DNA from: a virus
IMG/VR virus record: IMGVR_UViG_3300042526_000402
Coordinates: 32,001 to 96,000 of that record
Reading direction: 5' to 3' (one strand)
Length of the DNA: 64,000 nucleotides
The position numbers and the translations under genes were made by a program. This document shows, in pieces, positions 46,601 through 57,000 of the stretch. The notes below the pieces were generated by a model. The model saw only the letters and a program-made list of their open reading frames with translations. It searched no databases and was not told where the DNA came from. Position 1 is the stretch's first letter; every line of letters starts with the position of its first letter.

Positions 46601-49600
46601 ACCAGCAACATTATTGATTAGTAAAGAGTTGTTTAATCTGCTTCCGTCAGGTTTTTTCTTATCTCTCAAATTAAAAATAGAAGCTAATAATTGAGAATGT
46701 AAAGAATAAGGATTGATATCTTCAGATAACCAACGCATGTGTTGGAACTTGTTACTTGGATCAGCTTGAACTCTTGTAAGTTCTTGCCATGATTTAGCGT
46801 GATTAATAGAAGTAATTACTCTTGTTGTTGTACTATCTAAGAAATGCTCCCATACTCTATTTCCTTCAGGACTTAAAGCACTAAAATTTGAGTACTTATC
46901 AGAATTAGCAGCTTGTATTTTTGCTAATTCTTTTACTCTACTGTTTGAAACATTAGTTTTAGTATTAGTAATAGGGTCCTTAGTAACACCCTCCATTATA
47001 TATTTGATAGGATTAGATGCAATAAATCTTGCTTCAACATTTGATGATGCTACAGCAGCTCTAATAGTTTTAAATATTTGGTCTACACCATATTTAATAC
47101 CAAATTTTGGATCATCTACTATGTCTTTGATAGCTTTATTTGTATAATCTAATCTTATACCTACAGCATCTAAGAAGTCTTTTGATAATTCTGATTTAAA
47201 GTTTCCTTGCTTATCTGTAAAAGTGCTAAAAACTTTTTTGATATCTAATACATACTTACTTTCTATTTCATCAAAAATTAAAAATTTGTTTGTAGATGGG
47301 ATATCCATAACAAAACCGAAATTCCAATCTCTAATCACACTTGTTACAGGAAAGTCTGCTTTAGCCATTCTTGCATCATAAACAGCATCATTGTTTTTAG
47401 CAGGAGTTTTGTTTATGTTTAATTGCAAGTAAGAAATTCTTGGTTTCTTTAAATCTTGCCAAAAGTTCACATCTATACTAAACTCAGTATTGTCTTTGTA
47501 TGTGGTAGAAGATGGGTTAGGTAGTAAACTTAAAAGTTGTTTTATCTCAGGTTCTGATTTAATTGCATTTTGTAACTTGGTATACATCTCAACTTTATCA
47601 AAAGATCCCGCAAGAATTTTAGCAAGCTTATTCCAAATAATATTAAAATCTACTAATATAGGTTCTCCAAACTCATTTAACTCATACTCAATATTAAACT
47701 TAGTCACACCATCTACAACCTCAGAAGTAAATTTACTTCTGTCAACTTTATAGATACTACTTAAAATAGTTTTAGTAGCTTCACTAGCTTCATCTTTTGA
47801 TGATATAGTATTTCCACTATCTAATTTAAATGTTTGAGATTGCTGCATGTTTGTAGGATCATTATCAACTTCTACATAAGTATTTGCTAGAATTTTAAAT
47901 CTTGAGTTTTCCAAGTGATATGTAACAACTCCAGACTTTTGACTTCCTTCTACAGATTCCCTTACATCTCCAAAATTGGTAATCATTTTTTCAATGAACA
48001 CCAAATTACTTAAAAGATTATCTGGAACATCTTCACCATTTATTGCTAATTCTGCAGTCTGTCTTTTAAGATTTTCAAACATTGTTTTCAATCTCTTTTG
48101 AACAGTCTCATACATAGCAACACGGTTACTATTGTTGTAAAGAATTTTAATAGCACCTCCTGAATTATCCTTAGCTTTATTATAAGCCATGAATATTTTT
48201 GGTAGGATACTATCAATTAAACTTGCAGCCTTCAAAGACTCTGATTCTGTAAATTCAGTGTATTGACTTTTAAATTCTTTAAGGGGTCTGATTACTTTAG
48301 CTCTGTTAAGTTTAGTAAACATAAGGTTCTCTGTAGAAGGTTGCATATGTTGCAATAGCTCTGGTCTATTAGATGCCTCATATAACTTATCAAACAGTTC
48401 TTTAACTGCAGGAATATCTCTTGGTCTTAGTACAGCTTGTGTTCTAGACACTTTACCAAAGATGTTATTTAAGAACTGGTATATTCTTCTGAATATTTCA
48501 CCCAAAAATCCTTTAGGTTCTTCTTTTTTACCTTTGCTTTTAGCATAATCTCTAAAATCTTCAGCAATATCTTCTTCAATTTCAAAGAAAGAGTTGTTGG
48601 CCCACTTTGGTTGGCCCTTTAATTCACTGTATAATTTAATTTTTTCTGCTTTTGTTAAGAATAACTGCGAGAATCCGTGCCATGCTTCATGATATATATC
48701 TATTGGAGTACCTCCATCACCTTCATAAAGTGTAATACCAGTACCCATAAATGTTGCAAAAGCATCTGAGTTTACAACTTTTGATATTCTTTCTAAACCA
48801 ATAAGACCTAAATGTTTATACTTTTTATTTTTTGCATGCTGACTATCTTTATTCAATGGAGAATTTTTCCACCAATCTTCAGCTGCTGCTTTGTCAGCTT
48901 CAGTAGTAAATAACTTATCTAAAAAAGTTTCCAGTCTTTTATTTCTTTCAAACATATCTGCATCAAAATCATCATCAAGATCCTCTGGCATGTCTGATAA
49001 ATCTACTTTATCTATTGTATCATCAGTAATAAAATTTACTTCTTCTTCAAATGGTATTTCTTCTGAAACAGCTTCTGTTGCAATTCTACTCTCTTTATAT
49101 TTTTCTTCATTAGTTTTAGGAGGAGCTGAGTTTACTTTTACATTTTCTGCTTCAATTGCATATTCAGAATCTCCCATGTATTCAGCCGGAATCTCATATG
49201 TTAAATATGGATTATTACCATAAGCAAATTTTGCATATTCAACACTAAAATTAGCTTTAGCATAATTTTTAATAAAAGGAATATACATTACAGTATTAAC
49301 AGTAATCTTATCACCATTCACCTCATAATCTGGAAAGTAACCAAGAGCCTTTACTTTCTCATTAAACTGTACTGAAGCAGGATAACTGTTACCTTTTTTT
49401 GAAGTTTTATTAACTTTAAGATGACCTTTAATTATAGCTTTAGCTTTATCTGTGTATAATTCATCTCCTTTTATTACAGTTTCTTTACCTTCAAAATCTT
49501 TAATACTAACTACTAGAGCACCATCTTTAATTTTAACAGTAATATTTTCTCTGTTGTATTTACCGTAAAAACCATTACCTGATTTTTCTAAACTATTATC

Positions 49601-51022
49601 AATAAATATTTCAAAATAAGCTTGTCTTTGCTCATTATCTAGTTCTTTACCTGTTGGAAGTTTAGCCTTTGTTGTTAAAACAGTTGCAACTTTTTCTGCA
49701 AGATTTTCATCAAAATCACCCCTTTGCATATCAATGATTTGCGGAATTTTTCCTACAGGAGTATCAACATGTACAGTAATAACAGGTCTACCTTTTTTAG
49801 TATTATTTTCATCTTTAATGATGTCATAAGTAGCTAAATCTTCTTCAGTAATACCAAGTTGTGATATTGGTTTAGCATATACTTCTGGAGCAATACCTAA
49901 ACTACCACCAGTTATATTTAATTTAACAGGATTCTCAGATGACTCAACTTCTTTTCTTAGTTTATATAAACCATTCATCAAAGCAGTTTGCTCTTCAAAT
50001 ATTTCTTGAGCTCTTATATCAACCCAATCATTATCTATTTCACCACCTTGTGCAGCAAGTATATCAGCTTCTCTATTTGCTATCTTTAATGCATCAACAA
50101 GAGTATTTTTGTATCTGTATAATTTTCTGTTTTCACCTTTACCAAGCGTTCTGCTGTATAATAAAGTAAGTACACCATCAATCTTTTCAACTTTTCTTAA
50201 AAATGTATATACAACTGTTCCATTTTCAGCATCAGTTATGTTACCTTCTTTATCAAAGAAAAGGTAATTACCATCTGTATCAGTGATAACAGCATATATA
50301 CCTACAGATTCACTATCTTCAGAACTTAGGTGCTCTGCTAATTTATATTCATTAGGAAAAGCTGATGACTTAGTTGCTGATAATATAATTGGAGTATCAC
50401 CATATAAAACTTCAGTCTCATTAATAGAGCTGAAATTTATAGCAGCAATAATATTTTTTTGAACAATATTAAATACTGTTTTTTTAGGGTCATCAGGATT
50501 TCTATCATCTCCTTTTTTAAAACCTGCAGGATTTTTAGATGCTGATGTTTGTAAACTTGTTACATTAGGAAATTCAATTTTAGCAGAATTTCTACTTTCT
50601 AAATCTGATTGACTTAACTCACTATCATCAGAAATTACAACATCCTCTTTGGTTTTGTTTATTTCTTTAAGCTTGTTTTCAACATCATCAAATGTTTCTT
50701 GTTCCTCTACAACATATTCACTAACTTTTTCAAGATCTTGAAATTGTCTACGCAAAGATCTTATAATATTAGTATCAAAGTCCATTTCATCTAAAAGGTC
50801 ATTGATTTTACTATTGTTGCTAACTATATTAAAAATATCAGGAACTGCTTGTGCATATTGCAAAGCTTTTCCTGTATCTTCTGTAGCTTCAAGAACTCCA
50901 TTATAAATCTTTTTTATTAACCCTTTTAAATCAAAACTTTCTGAAGGGTTAGCTCCAGAAAGTTTTTTATAGATTAATTTATATACATCACCAATTTGGT
51001 CTTCATTAAGTGAACAAGCCAT
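40622..51022 (-). CDS. virion-packaged RNA polymerase (crAss-like, phi14:2 gp66 type)
   Basis: 3466 aa; RIPVQG...SGGDFDIDKL catalytic loop (44168-44182); zincin YHEAWH (48677-48691); middle gene of three giant ORFs. Confidence 0.88.
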   Translation of the reverse strand: MACSLNEDQIGDVYKLIYKKLSGANPSESFDLKGLIKKIYNGVLEATEDTGKALQYAQAVPDIFNIVSNNSKINDLLDEMDFDTNIIRSLRRQFQDLEKVSEYVVEEQETFDDVENKLKEINKTKEDVVISDDSELSQSDLESRNSAKIEFPNVTSLQTSASKNPAGFKKGDDRNPDDPKKTVFNIVQKNIIAAINFSSINETEVLYGDTPIILSATKSSAFPNEYKLAEHLSSEDSESVGIYAVITDTDGNYLFFDKEGNITDAENGTVVYTFLRKVEKIDGVLTLLYSRTLGKGENRKLYRYKNTLVDALKIANREADILAAQGGEIDNDWVDIRAQEIFEEQTALMNGLYKLRKEVESSENPVKLNITGGSLGIAPEVYAKPISQLGITEEDLATYDIIKDENNTKKGRPVITVHVDTPVGKIPQIIDMQRGDFDENLAEKVATVLTTKAKLPTGKELDNEQRQAYFEIFIDNSLEKSGNGFYGKYNRENITVKIKDGALVVSIKDFEGKETVIKGDELYTDKAKAIIKGHLKVNKTSKKGNSYPASVQFNEKVKALGYFPDYEVNGDKITVNTVMYIPFIKNYAKANFSVEYAKFAYGNNPYLTYEIPAEYMGDSEYAIEAENVKVNSAPPKTNEEKYKESRIATEAVSEEIPFEEEVNFITDDTIDKVDLSDMPEDLDDDFDADMFERNKRLETFLDKLFTTEADKAAAEDWWKNSPLNKDSQHAKNKKYKHLGLIGLERISKVVNSDAFATFMGTGITLYEGDGGTPIDIYHEAWHGFSQLFLTKAEKIKLYSELKGQPKWANNSFFEIEEDIAEDFRDYAKSKGKKEEPKGFLGEIFRRIYQFLNNIFGKVSRTQAVLRPRDIPAVKELFDKLYEASNRPELLQHMQPSTENLMFTKLNRAKVIRPLKEFKSQYTEFTESESLKAASLIDSILPKIFMAYNKAKDNSGGAIKILYNNSNRVAMYETVQKRLKTMFENLKRQTAELAINGEDVPDNLLSNLVFIEKMITNFGDVRESVEGSQKSGVVTYHLENSRFKILANTYVEVDNDPTNMQQSQTFKLDSGNTISSKDEASEATKTILSSIYKVDRSKFTSEVVDGVTKFNIEYELNEFGEPILVDFNIIWNKLAKILAGSFDKVEMYTKLQNAIKSEPEIKQLLSLLPNPSSTTYKDNTEFSIDVNFWQDLKKPRISYLQLNINKTPAKNNDAVYDARMAKADFPVTSVIRDWNFGFVMDIPSTNKFLIFDEIESKYVLDIKKVFSTFTDKQGNFKSELSKDFLDAVGIRLDYTNKAIKDIVDDPKFGIKYGVDQIFKTIRAAVASSNVEARFIASNPIKYIMEGVTKDPITNTKTNVSNSRVKELAKIQAANSDKYSNFSALSPEGNRVWEHFLDSTTTRVITSINHAKSWQELTRVQADPSNKFQHMRWLSEDINPYSLHSQLLASIFNLRDKKKPDGSRLNNSLLINNVAGTQLIEDRKGGKEKKEGISTASMDKTSKFLQEIHTMLMNGVEEFMRHASKQMAQGLTVTGKIDTGVIKDDSKLYVDIKNFAPYGPGESRAFDIIAGYIMAESNRIFKFGLNKDVLKNYKGYNRKVQRKDKNKTETMAGNAFTAFDDVLTEETQTELYAIIDNAVDTKDTSFDMMDVINSNPNLRARIEKDVTAYFQALTEENLAELEKAKYIDSGLKERVPGFEKLSNEQVNETLMKAYTYNSWMHKFETAVLIYGDFAQYNHAKEEFHKRNAGFGGGGRSFSADMKILTYVNSLPNIYAESFANDGVTSRNFDGTLKTAILKERVVDESIYYNEYYDAVYDDYYSRLKDKAKAKELTEITLKGYRGMEIGDGQGHVTFEGYRKLKNLEGNWLPEQEELYTKIAKGEEVSVVDIVKFFPPYKLQYAGNMQSELLPVTSFHKFSLNPIIPGVAIKGTPLYDLHLKMMQDKVDYVVYQSGSKIGHVGNGDEIFDKDGNFLKDSKFTVNTIFTEFLKNQTEVNAEFKGKSIFSTQMRKLILDNLYKNGDIISPSAKPIVEKYLKDVSDYTELVKLELLEEIGYDEVSEGEYAPRDKDSISKLLELIRANLEREDAYGNELIDFIDALDSGEIAIDLSYHPEVLKIEKVLLSMINKRIIKQKIKGEPLVQVSSAMYENNVTKTENFRNATDEEKKKWVGSNVLPTYHKKADGKTAAMKVMIALQGDYANLLNLEYKGETVETIDRLNRAIKDDEWLDANDGANRKAITLVGVRIPVQGLNSMEFMEVYQFLPAQAGNIIIPPAEIVAKSGGDFDIDKLTIFMTNIGLNGELIKPTLADIEAVKKTVKEKNAAGESLNELFKQQKAGLENELIKDVKAILELPENFVSLITPNGTFLLKETADELAKYVMDYNPFGTKMTEGKDKQLSPTRILETRYNLYKHESNMIGKATLGLGAIENTFNILFNSIGANLPNTYLSKSGDKETTRNVTLALRHRTMDVDGEKRISLSDIYDVDNINKISDVFSQAINGWVDVEKDAWIFFIQGNYEVAPVLLFLIKAGVPVKEAIYFVSQPLVRDYVEQQRLIGSTFAPMLGKAVDSRGLVKFSAMKNVIAKNFPTNILPSNAKGAVILDTADKLLEAAFKGREDKFFSEKSLLDLIEKSSVNPDIKKENKSLLLFLHYLKIEDQIKGITKIKMNANPDTNTNTTLSNIELSESTIEDLLEDEVLSPLINSLMKDSVISSFFNGPLALALSKPLFKLRYNKAFSNYIIDLKKTRKLDDVLKKTFGEDNEKQFINAFRNDFVSYIFQNALLKSKLGDTYMSYDLKEELAVKNFESKYFGAYVKTNNNGSKTLFVNDSVLKLQFENNAWSTDDVEDDNPYVVLGLHQVDPMTFTALEKDQNFEQYKKFVIEREYLRSVFPKEDSQSKAEYEKFLAEKALDNTFNFYHLFNNADTAYGNRVSKIINEYPDLVRKFDVLAVLKSESNFDQTIFNLGIADRDINSTKANMYISNLKDLANPVVLKNYAKALKLNDADIKKITEVFSMLPIFAYLQSGINKSSYNLVPFVDYTKVIDIIQDAGNEVLNVLENDPERREYLLSDYLQKFEFANNKVTNPTKKEFKSYLTNFDINKIKVSKTKTQQQADVILPIGTSGSGKSTFIKSLPQENLVVIEPDAMRVEFTGDINNKSKDKEIYIEAANRAIQAIKQGKQVVFDTTNLTKDKRRPFVEAIKKAIPNANIQYKLMPLNAKLAKQRIKAQLVRGENRANVSDETIDRHAESYKQMLEDIKSEDITDYDTQLSTSVESLATPLGLVDVKSDLIETNEPNVFLYDSVDKDSIYYKNLTNKNSKVIFLHSYTNSELQDGRNKNFTDQSILQLHAPDMTVPVLISDGKDDNFANLSADDKEEIKKYWSKILSAAENAKEKGFDIALPTAGFGNPDLMPQDLFVYLSRELYEKLRYLNPGSLLNKQVSDIVYNKQGVSDDEILQKYGFESDPFKCS

Positions 51023-54000
51023 TATTTACAGTATTTAGAATTATCTTTTAATTTATTAAATATATCATCATCATTTTCATCTTCAGCCTCACTTTCTAAT
51101 TTAATGATTTTATCCTTAGCATTAGAGAATTTTTCAAGATTATCATGAGATTCTTTTGATAATTCTTTATCTTGTTCTGTTACTGGGGCTTTACCAACTT
51201 TTTCTTTTTCCATTGCTTCTTTAGAATACATAGTGAAGTTATTTTTAATTTCTTGTTCAGTAAACACTTTCTTAGTGTCTGTACCATAAAGTTTAACAAC
51301 AACTTGATTAGTGTCTTTATTTATCATGAACACTTCTACTACAGAATTTTCTGCTCCTTCAAAGATAGGTTTTTTTGAGATAAGTAATGTGCCTTTTTTA
51401 ATTGTATCTGCGGATACATTTGGCAATTCTTGTTCTCTTTTTTTATAAGCTTCTTGTATTGTAGTATAAGAAATATCTCCTCTATTATTTATAGCATCTT
51501 CAAAAGCTTTATCAAGTTCATCTTTATCTTTAGCTTTATTAATAGCTTCAAAAAATGATGGGTTTTCTCCTAATTCTTTTTCTTTTTTAACTGCTGTAAG
51601 AGAAGGTTTAATACTGCGAGCACTGTTAACTATTTCTTTGAGTTCATCTGTTGAGACTGTTTCTCCTTTTCCAGATAATCCAGGAACTGTTTCTGCTTGT
51701 CTGTTGGAAGACTTTTCATTCTTAGGTACACCAGACCTTTTCTGTACTTTGCCGGCATTTGGTCCGAAGACTTTGTTTGCTGCTGCTTGTTGTTTACTGA
51801 ACCTTGCTTTCTTGGTTTTTCCATCTTTTATAATTTTGATTAAATTTAAATCATTTTTTAATTGTAACAAACTATTTATTTGGTTAGATATATCATCTAC
51901 TAAGTCACCTCTATTAACAACTGACACACCTAAACTATATAATTCATCAACTTTTTGGTCAATCCATTTATAAATATAATCTAATTCACTAATAGCAATA
52001 CCTTGAACACCTACTTCAAATAATATATCTAATGTTTCAGGATACTCTTCAGTGTCTAATATTTGTGTGATAGCTTTACTAACTGCTGCTGATAAACTTA
52101 ATCTATCCATCTCTTTAAGATGTTTCTTTTCATCTTGAGGCTTGAATGATTTAGTTGCTTTCTGAAAGCTGTTAGGTAAAGAATTTAAAGCAAATATATA
52201 ATCATTTGCATTACCACCTTTTTGAAACACTACATCATTAGTATTTAATAAGTCTTGTTTTTCTTTTTCAAGTCTAGTAACACGGTCTTTAAGTTGAGAA
52301 ATTTCATTTAACAAATAGAATTGAGAAACCTTGCTTCTTTTGATATCTTTAGGCTTAACTAATTCAGATAATCTTTTGATTTCACCAAGAGCAAATACAA
52401 TTTCTTCATCTATTTCAGAAATTATTTTATCATTTCTTTTATAGCTTAACCCAACAATTGACCCTGACTTATCTCTTACTACATCATAATGTACACCATT
52501 GATAGTTGCTTTAGTTTCATCAGCATTATCAAACTTAGCTTTTATAACTTTGCCGTTAACCTTATTTGTTTGGAAAGGGAAAGTAATACCAGTAATCACA
52601 GATATTCCTAAATCCATTGTATTTAATGAACCGTTTGTAGCAGGTTTAAAATTATGATATACTACTTCAATTTCCTTTTCAGGTTTATCTAATAAAGCCT
52701 TTGTATCAGCAATAGCTTTTTCAAGTTGTTCTCTTATATCAGATTCAGTTTCTGTATCTAAATCACTTTGAAATTGCCCTATCATTTGTTTAAGCAATGC
52801 TTCATCTTTAACAGTATTTTTCTCTACAGCAAATGAACCATCTTCTAACATGATTAACTTACCAGCAGAACCATTAAACATTACTGTTTTGTTTACCAAA
52901 TCATTTAGAGATATGTTTACTAAGTCCTCTGTTTCTTCTAGTACTTCTGGGGTAGATGTTAATTCATCAGTTCCCGTATCACCAGAATCATCATCAGCTT
53001 CTTCCTCAGTAAATTCTGGTTTAATCATCATTACACCATATTCTGAAACAGCATCTAAGAATGGTAATTCATAGTAACCTGGAGCAAGAACTTTTTTACT
53101 AGTGCTACCATCTTTATTTACTACATCATTACCTTCAGCATCTTTAACAGTTACTTGAGCTTTATCAATATCATTTACATAACCCTCTGTATTTACATTT
53201 ATACCTAATGGTAATATTTGTAACTTGCTAACTTTTATACCGGTCATGTTATAAAACAATGTAGCATAAATTGATAACTGAGCTTGGTGTTTTATTCTGT
53301 TATAACTGTTTTCAGACTCATATCCATCCCAATTTTTTGAAGTTTTGATATCTATAATCATTACTTCTCCTTTAGCATTAACAGCTAATAAATCTATCTC
53401 ACCTGTTATACCTAAAGTTTTATCAAACACTAGTAAGTTTTCTGGAAACAATACAAACTCCCCGTCAATCATTTTACTTCTTATAGAAGAAACAATACCG
53501 CCTGGACCAAATAGTCTATTAAAAGCTTTCTCAGACATGAATTCTGAAACCTTATATTCTACTCCATTTATATCTATGCTACCTGTGTAATTAACTTCAG
53601 CAAAACCTTCACCATTACCAGTATCAATAGTTAAGAATTTTCTGATTAATTCATCAACTTTTGTTCCCGCCTCTGAAGATTCAATAAATGCATATTTATC
53701 TATTGTTTCTCTAACACCTTCAACTGTAGGATTTTTTCTTAAATCTGCTTCTATTCTTTCAATTTTAGATTTAGAATTAAAAGCTTTAGATCTTTTAGCA
53801 AGTAGTTTAAACTTATCCATAAAGATATCTACAGCCTTTTGAGGATCAGTTTCATTTTCTAAAATTTCAGCAAAAGTATTTGCATAAAAATCTTTTCTGT
53901 TATATCCAGTCCAAGCTTTACCAGTTATGTCTTCAGTAATTTTAGCTGCAATTTCAGTAACCCTTTTTAATTGTGTACTTGGTTCTGTAGTAGTTTTATC

Positions 54001-57000
54001 CAAAGCAGCTAATTCTTCAAAAATACTAGATACACCATTAAATACTTTTTCTATTTCTGATTTAAGTGTGGGGTTAGTTTTTATTAATGATGAACTGGCT
54101 CCATCAAGATAATCTTGATAACCTGATACATCAATATTACCTAATTTACTTTGCCAATCTTTTAATATTATTGCAATTGCAGCATAATTCTTAAAATCAT
54201 AAATACCATTATTATCTTCATAAGAAACATCTAGATTTAATCCACCAAGGGGAAGTAATGATAATAATTGTTGATTATTACCTTCTACTTTTGCAATTGG
54301 TTTATCATATTTATAATTTTTATTTAAACTATCAAGTATTTGTTTAATAATAGGATTATTATAACCATCTTTATAAGTATCAGCACCTGCTTTTACAAGC
54401 CAGTCTCCACCATTAAAAAAGAATGGATACCACTCACCTTTTGTTTTACTACTAGTTCCTTGTGAGCTTCTGTATACAGGTACTATTGCTCCATCAATAT
54501 TAAATACTATTGCATCTCTGCCAGTAGATTGTTTAAAAAATGCACTATTATTAATTTTTTCTACATAACCTTGTTCTGCTAACTTATCTAAAATTTCTGG
54601 TAATGCTGCTCCTAGTTCAAATTGAGACGTGATAATATCAGCAACTCTACTTCTTTTCTCTATATCAGCTTTTTTAGCTTCTATATCAGTAGAAACAGTC
54701 TCTTCACCAGCAAACTTTCTAGTTTTTCTACCTTCCTCATCAAATACATCTTCTACTTCATCTCTTCTGTTAATTACTCTTTCAATAATAGTATCTACTA
54801 CTTTTTGAGCAACAGACTTAGGCTTGTATGTTTTAGCTATAGCATCAAGATAACCTTGAAGATTTTCCAAGTCTTCATTTAAGTCTGCTTTTTGCTGTTC
54901 TGTAAGGTTATTACCTTTAGCATCCTTACCTGTTTCAGATAGTTTTTTTAATTGTTTGTATAACTGATTTAATGCAAAGATTGTATCTCCAGAAGTTACT
55001 TGCTTCTTGTTGTACTTTAGGAAAGGTGGTTCTTTTAACTTTTCCGCACGGGCTTTTGATTCAGCAAATGCTTTTTCATTATAAACCTTAATTATTTCTC
55101 TAGCATCACTCTGAGGTGATTCAAGCCATCTCTCTCTTCTAGATTCATACTCTGCAAGGTTTACCTCCTTCAATGATGCTTTGTCACCTATTTCTTCTAA
55201 GAACTTATCAAAAGATATATCTAACTGAGCTTTTAATTCATCAGGCATTTGGTCATAAGGAGTATTTACAGTAATTTCATCTACAGTATCTTCAGTTATA
55301 CCTTTTTGTGCAAAACTTTCTTTTACTTCTTTTTCAGATTCATCATAAGAAGCATTAATTTGCTCTACTTTTTCTGTGTAAACATTAAAAGCTTTAGTAG
55401 ATTCTACATCAAATATTTCTGCAGGTTCTTGACTTAACACTTGTTTTTGTGCATTAATTGATTGTGCCAAAAATTCTGGTAAAGACATTATAGAAAGACC
55501 AGCTTTAAGCACATCTTCTTTAGATAAACCAGGAGTATAAATTTTTGAAACAAGAGCTTGTAATTCTTGAATAACAGCTGGGTCACTATCATCTAATGTC
55601 AAAAGCTTGTCTAAATCTTCTTCAGAGATTATGTTTTCAGCAACTAATGCATCAACAGTTTTAATAATTTTTTTAACATCATTATCAGCTATAGCCTCTA
55701 AAGCATCTGTTAAAAGTTTTATATCTGCTTCAGCTTTCTTTTTATCTTCTTCAAGTTTAGTATTAGCATCAGTAATAACAGTATTTTCTTGTTCAACTTC
55801 AGAAAGAGTCCTACCTATTTCATCCGCAAATTGTTGCTCATATACTTCTCTAGCCTCTTTTATTTCAGCTTCTTTTGCAGTCTTTAATTCATTTAATTTA
55901 TCATCAAGCTTTTGCTTGTCTGTCATTGGTTCTCCTGCAGGTTTTTTTGCTAAAGCATTTGAAGCTCTCATAAATATTTCAGCATACTCACCATACAAAA
56001 CACTATTTTCATTAATGATCATATTGTTTGTAGTGTCAATAAATTCATCTGGAATATTTTTTGAATCTTCAACCCAATCAGCAAATTTATCTAAGTCAAC
56101 ATAAATACCTTTACTTGCAAGTTCATTAAGTACTTCATTCTTTTCTGCATTTGCAAACTCTTGATTTACAATGTCTTTAACATAATCTTTTCTGTTATCA
56201 TACATGTTTTTCATCCACTGGAAATTTCTTTCCACATGCTCATTAAACTCTTTAGGATCAGCAAGAATATTTATGTAATCAGATAGTATGTTTTTATCTT
56301 TTACTAATAAATGAGTGTCATAAAGAGAATCAAATAGTTCTTCAAACCCACCATTCTCATCAATTTCATTTTGTAACTTAATTCTGTTTTCATTGCTTCC
56401 TGCAATTGCATCAAGTACATTCTTAAAAGTATCAGCATATTCTTGACGCAATTCTGGAGATATATCAGAACCAGTTTCTTGTACTTGTGCTTTTTCTTCA
56501 GGTGTACCAAAAGCACTAACAAACATATTAATACCAAGAATCTGTGATACTTCTTGCTGTGTCTGTTGAAATCTATAAAGAGAAGATAATAGTTTTCTTT
56601 TTTGTTCAATCTCTTGTTGTGTTTGAGGGTCTCCACTTTTAGTACCTAATTCAATATCTGATTTAAGCATTTCAACTTCTCTGTTTAACTTATTTTCATT
56701 GTTAGTCAGTATAGAAAAATTTGAAAAAGAATTCCCTGATATAGAAGATAACTTAGATAAAGAACCATATAATTTATCTAATCTTTTTAATGTATCATCA
56801 AAGTTAGATTGTAAAAATACAAATGAGTTAATACCTTCTTGATGAGCCATTTGGTATATCATAGCTTTTTTGTATTCTTCAGAATCTTTTTTTAGATTTT
56901 GTGTAGAAAGTTGAGGCTTGAATTTTCTATATGCATAATCATATCTATTCTTAATTGTTTTAGCACTTAATACAGCTTTGTCCAAGTTTTCTAAAGCTTT

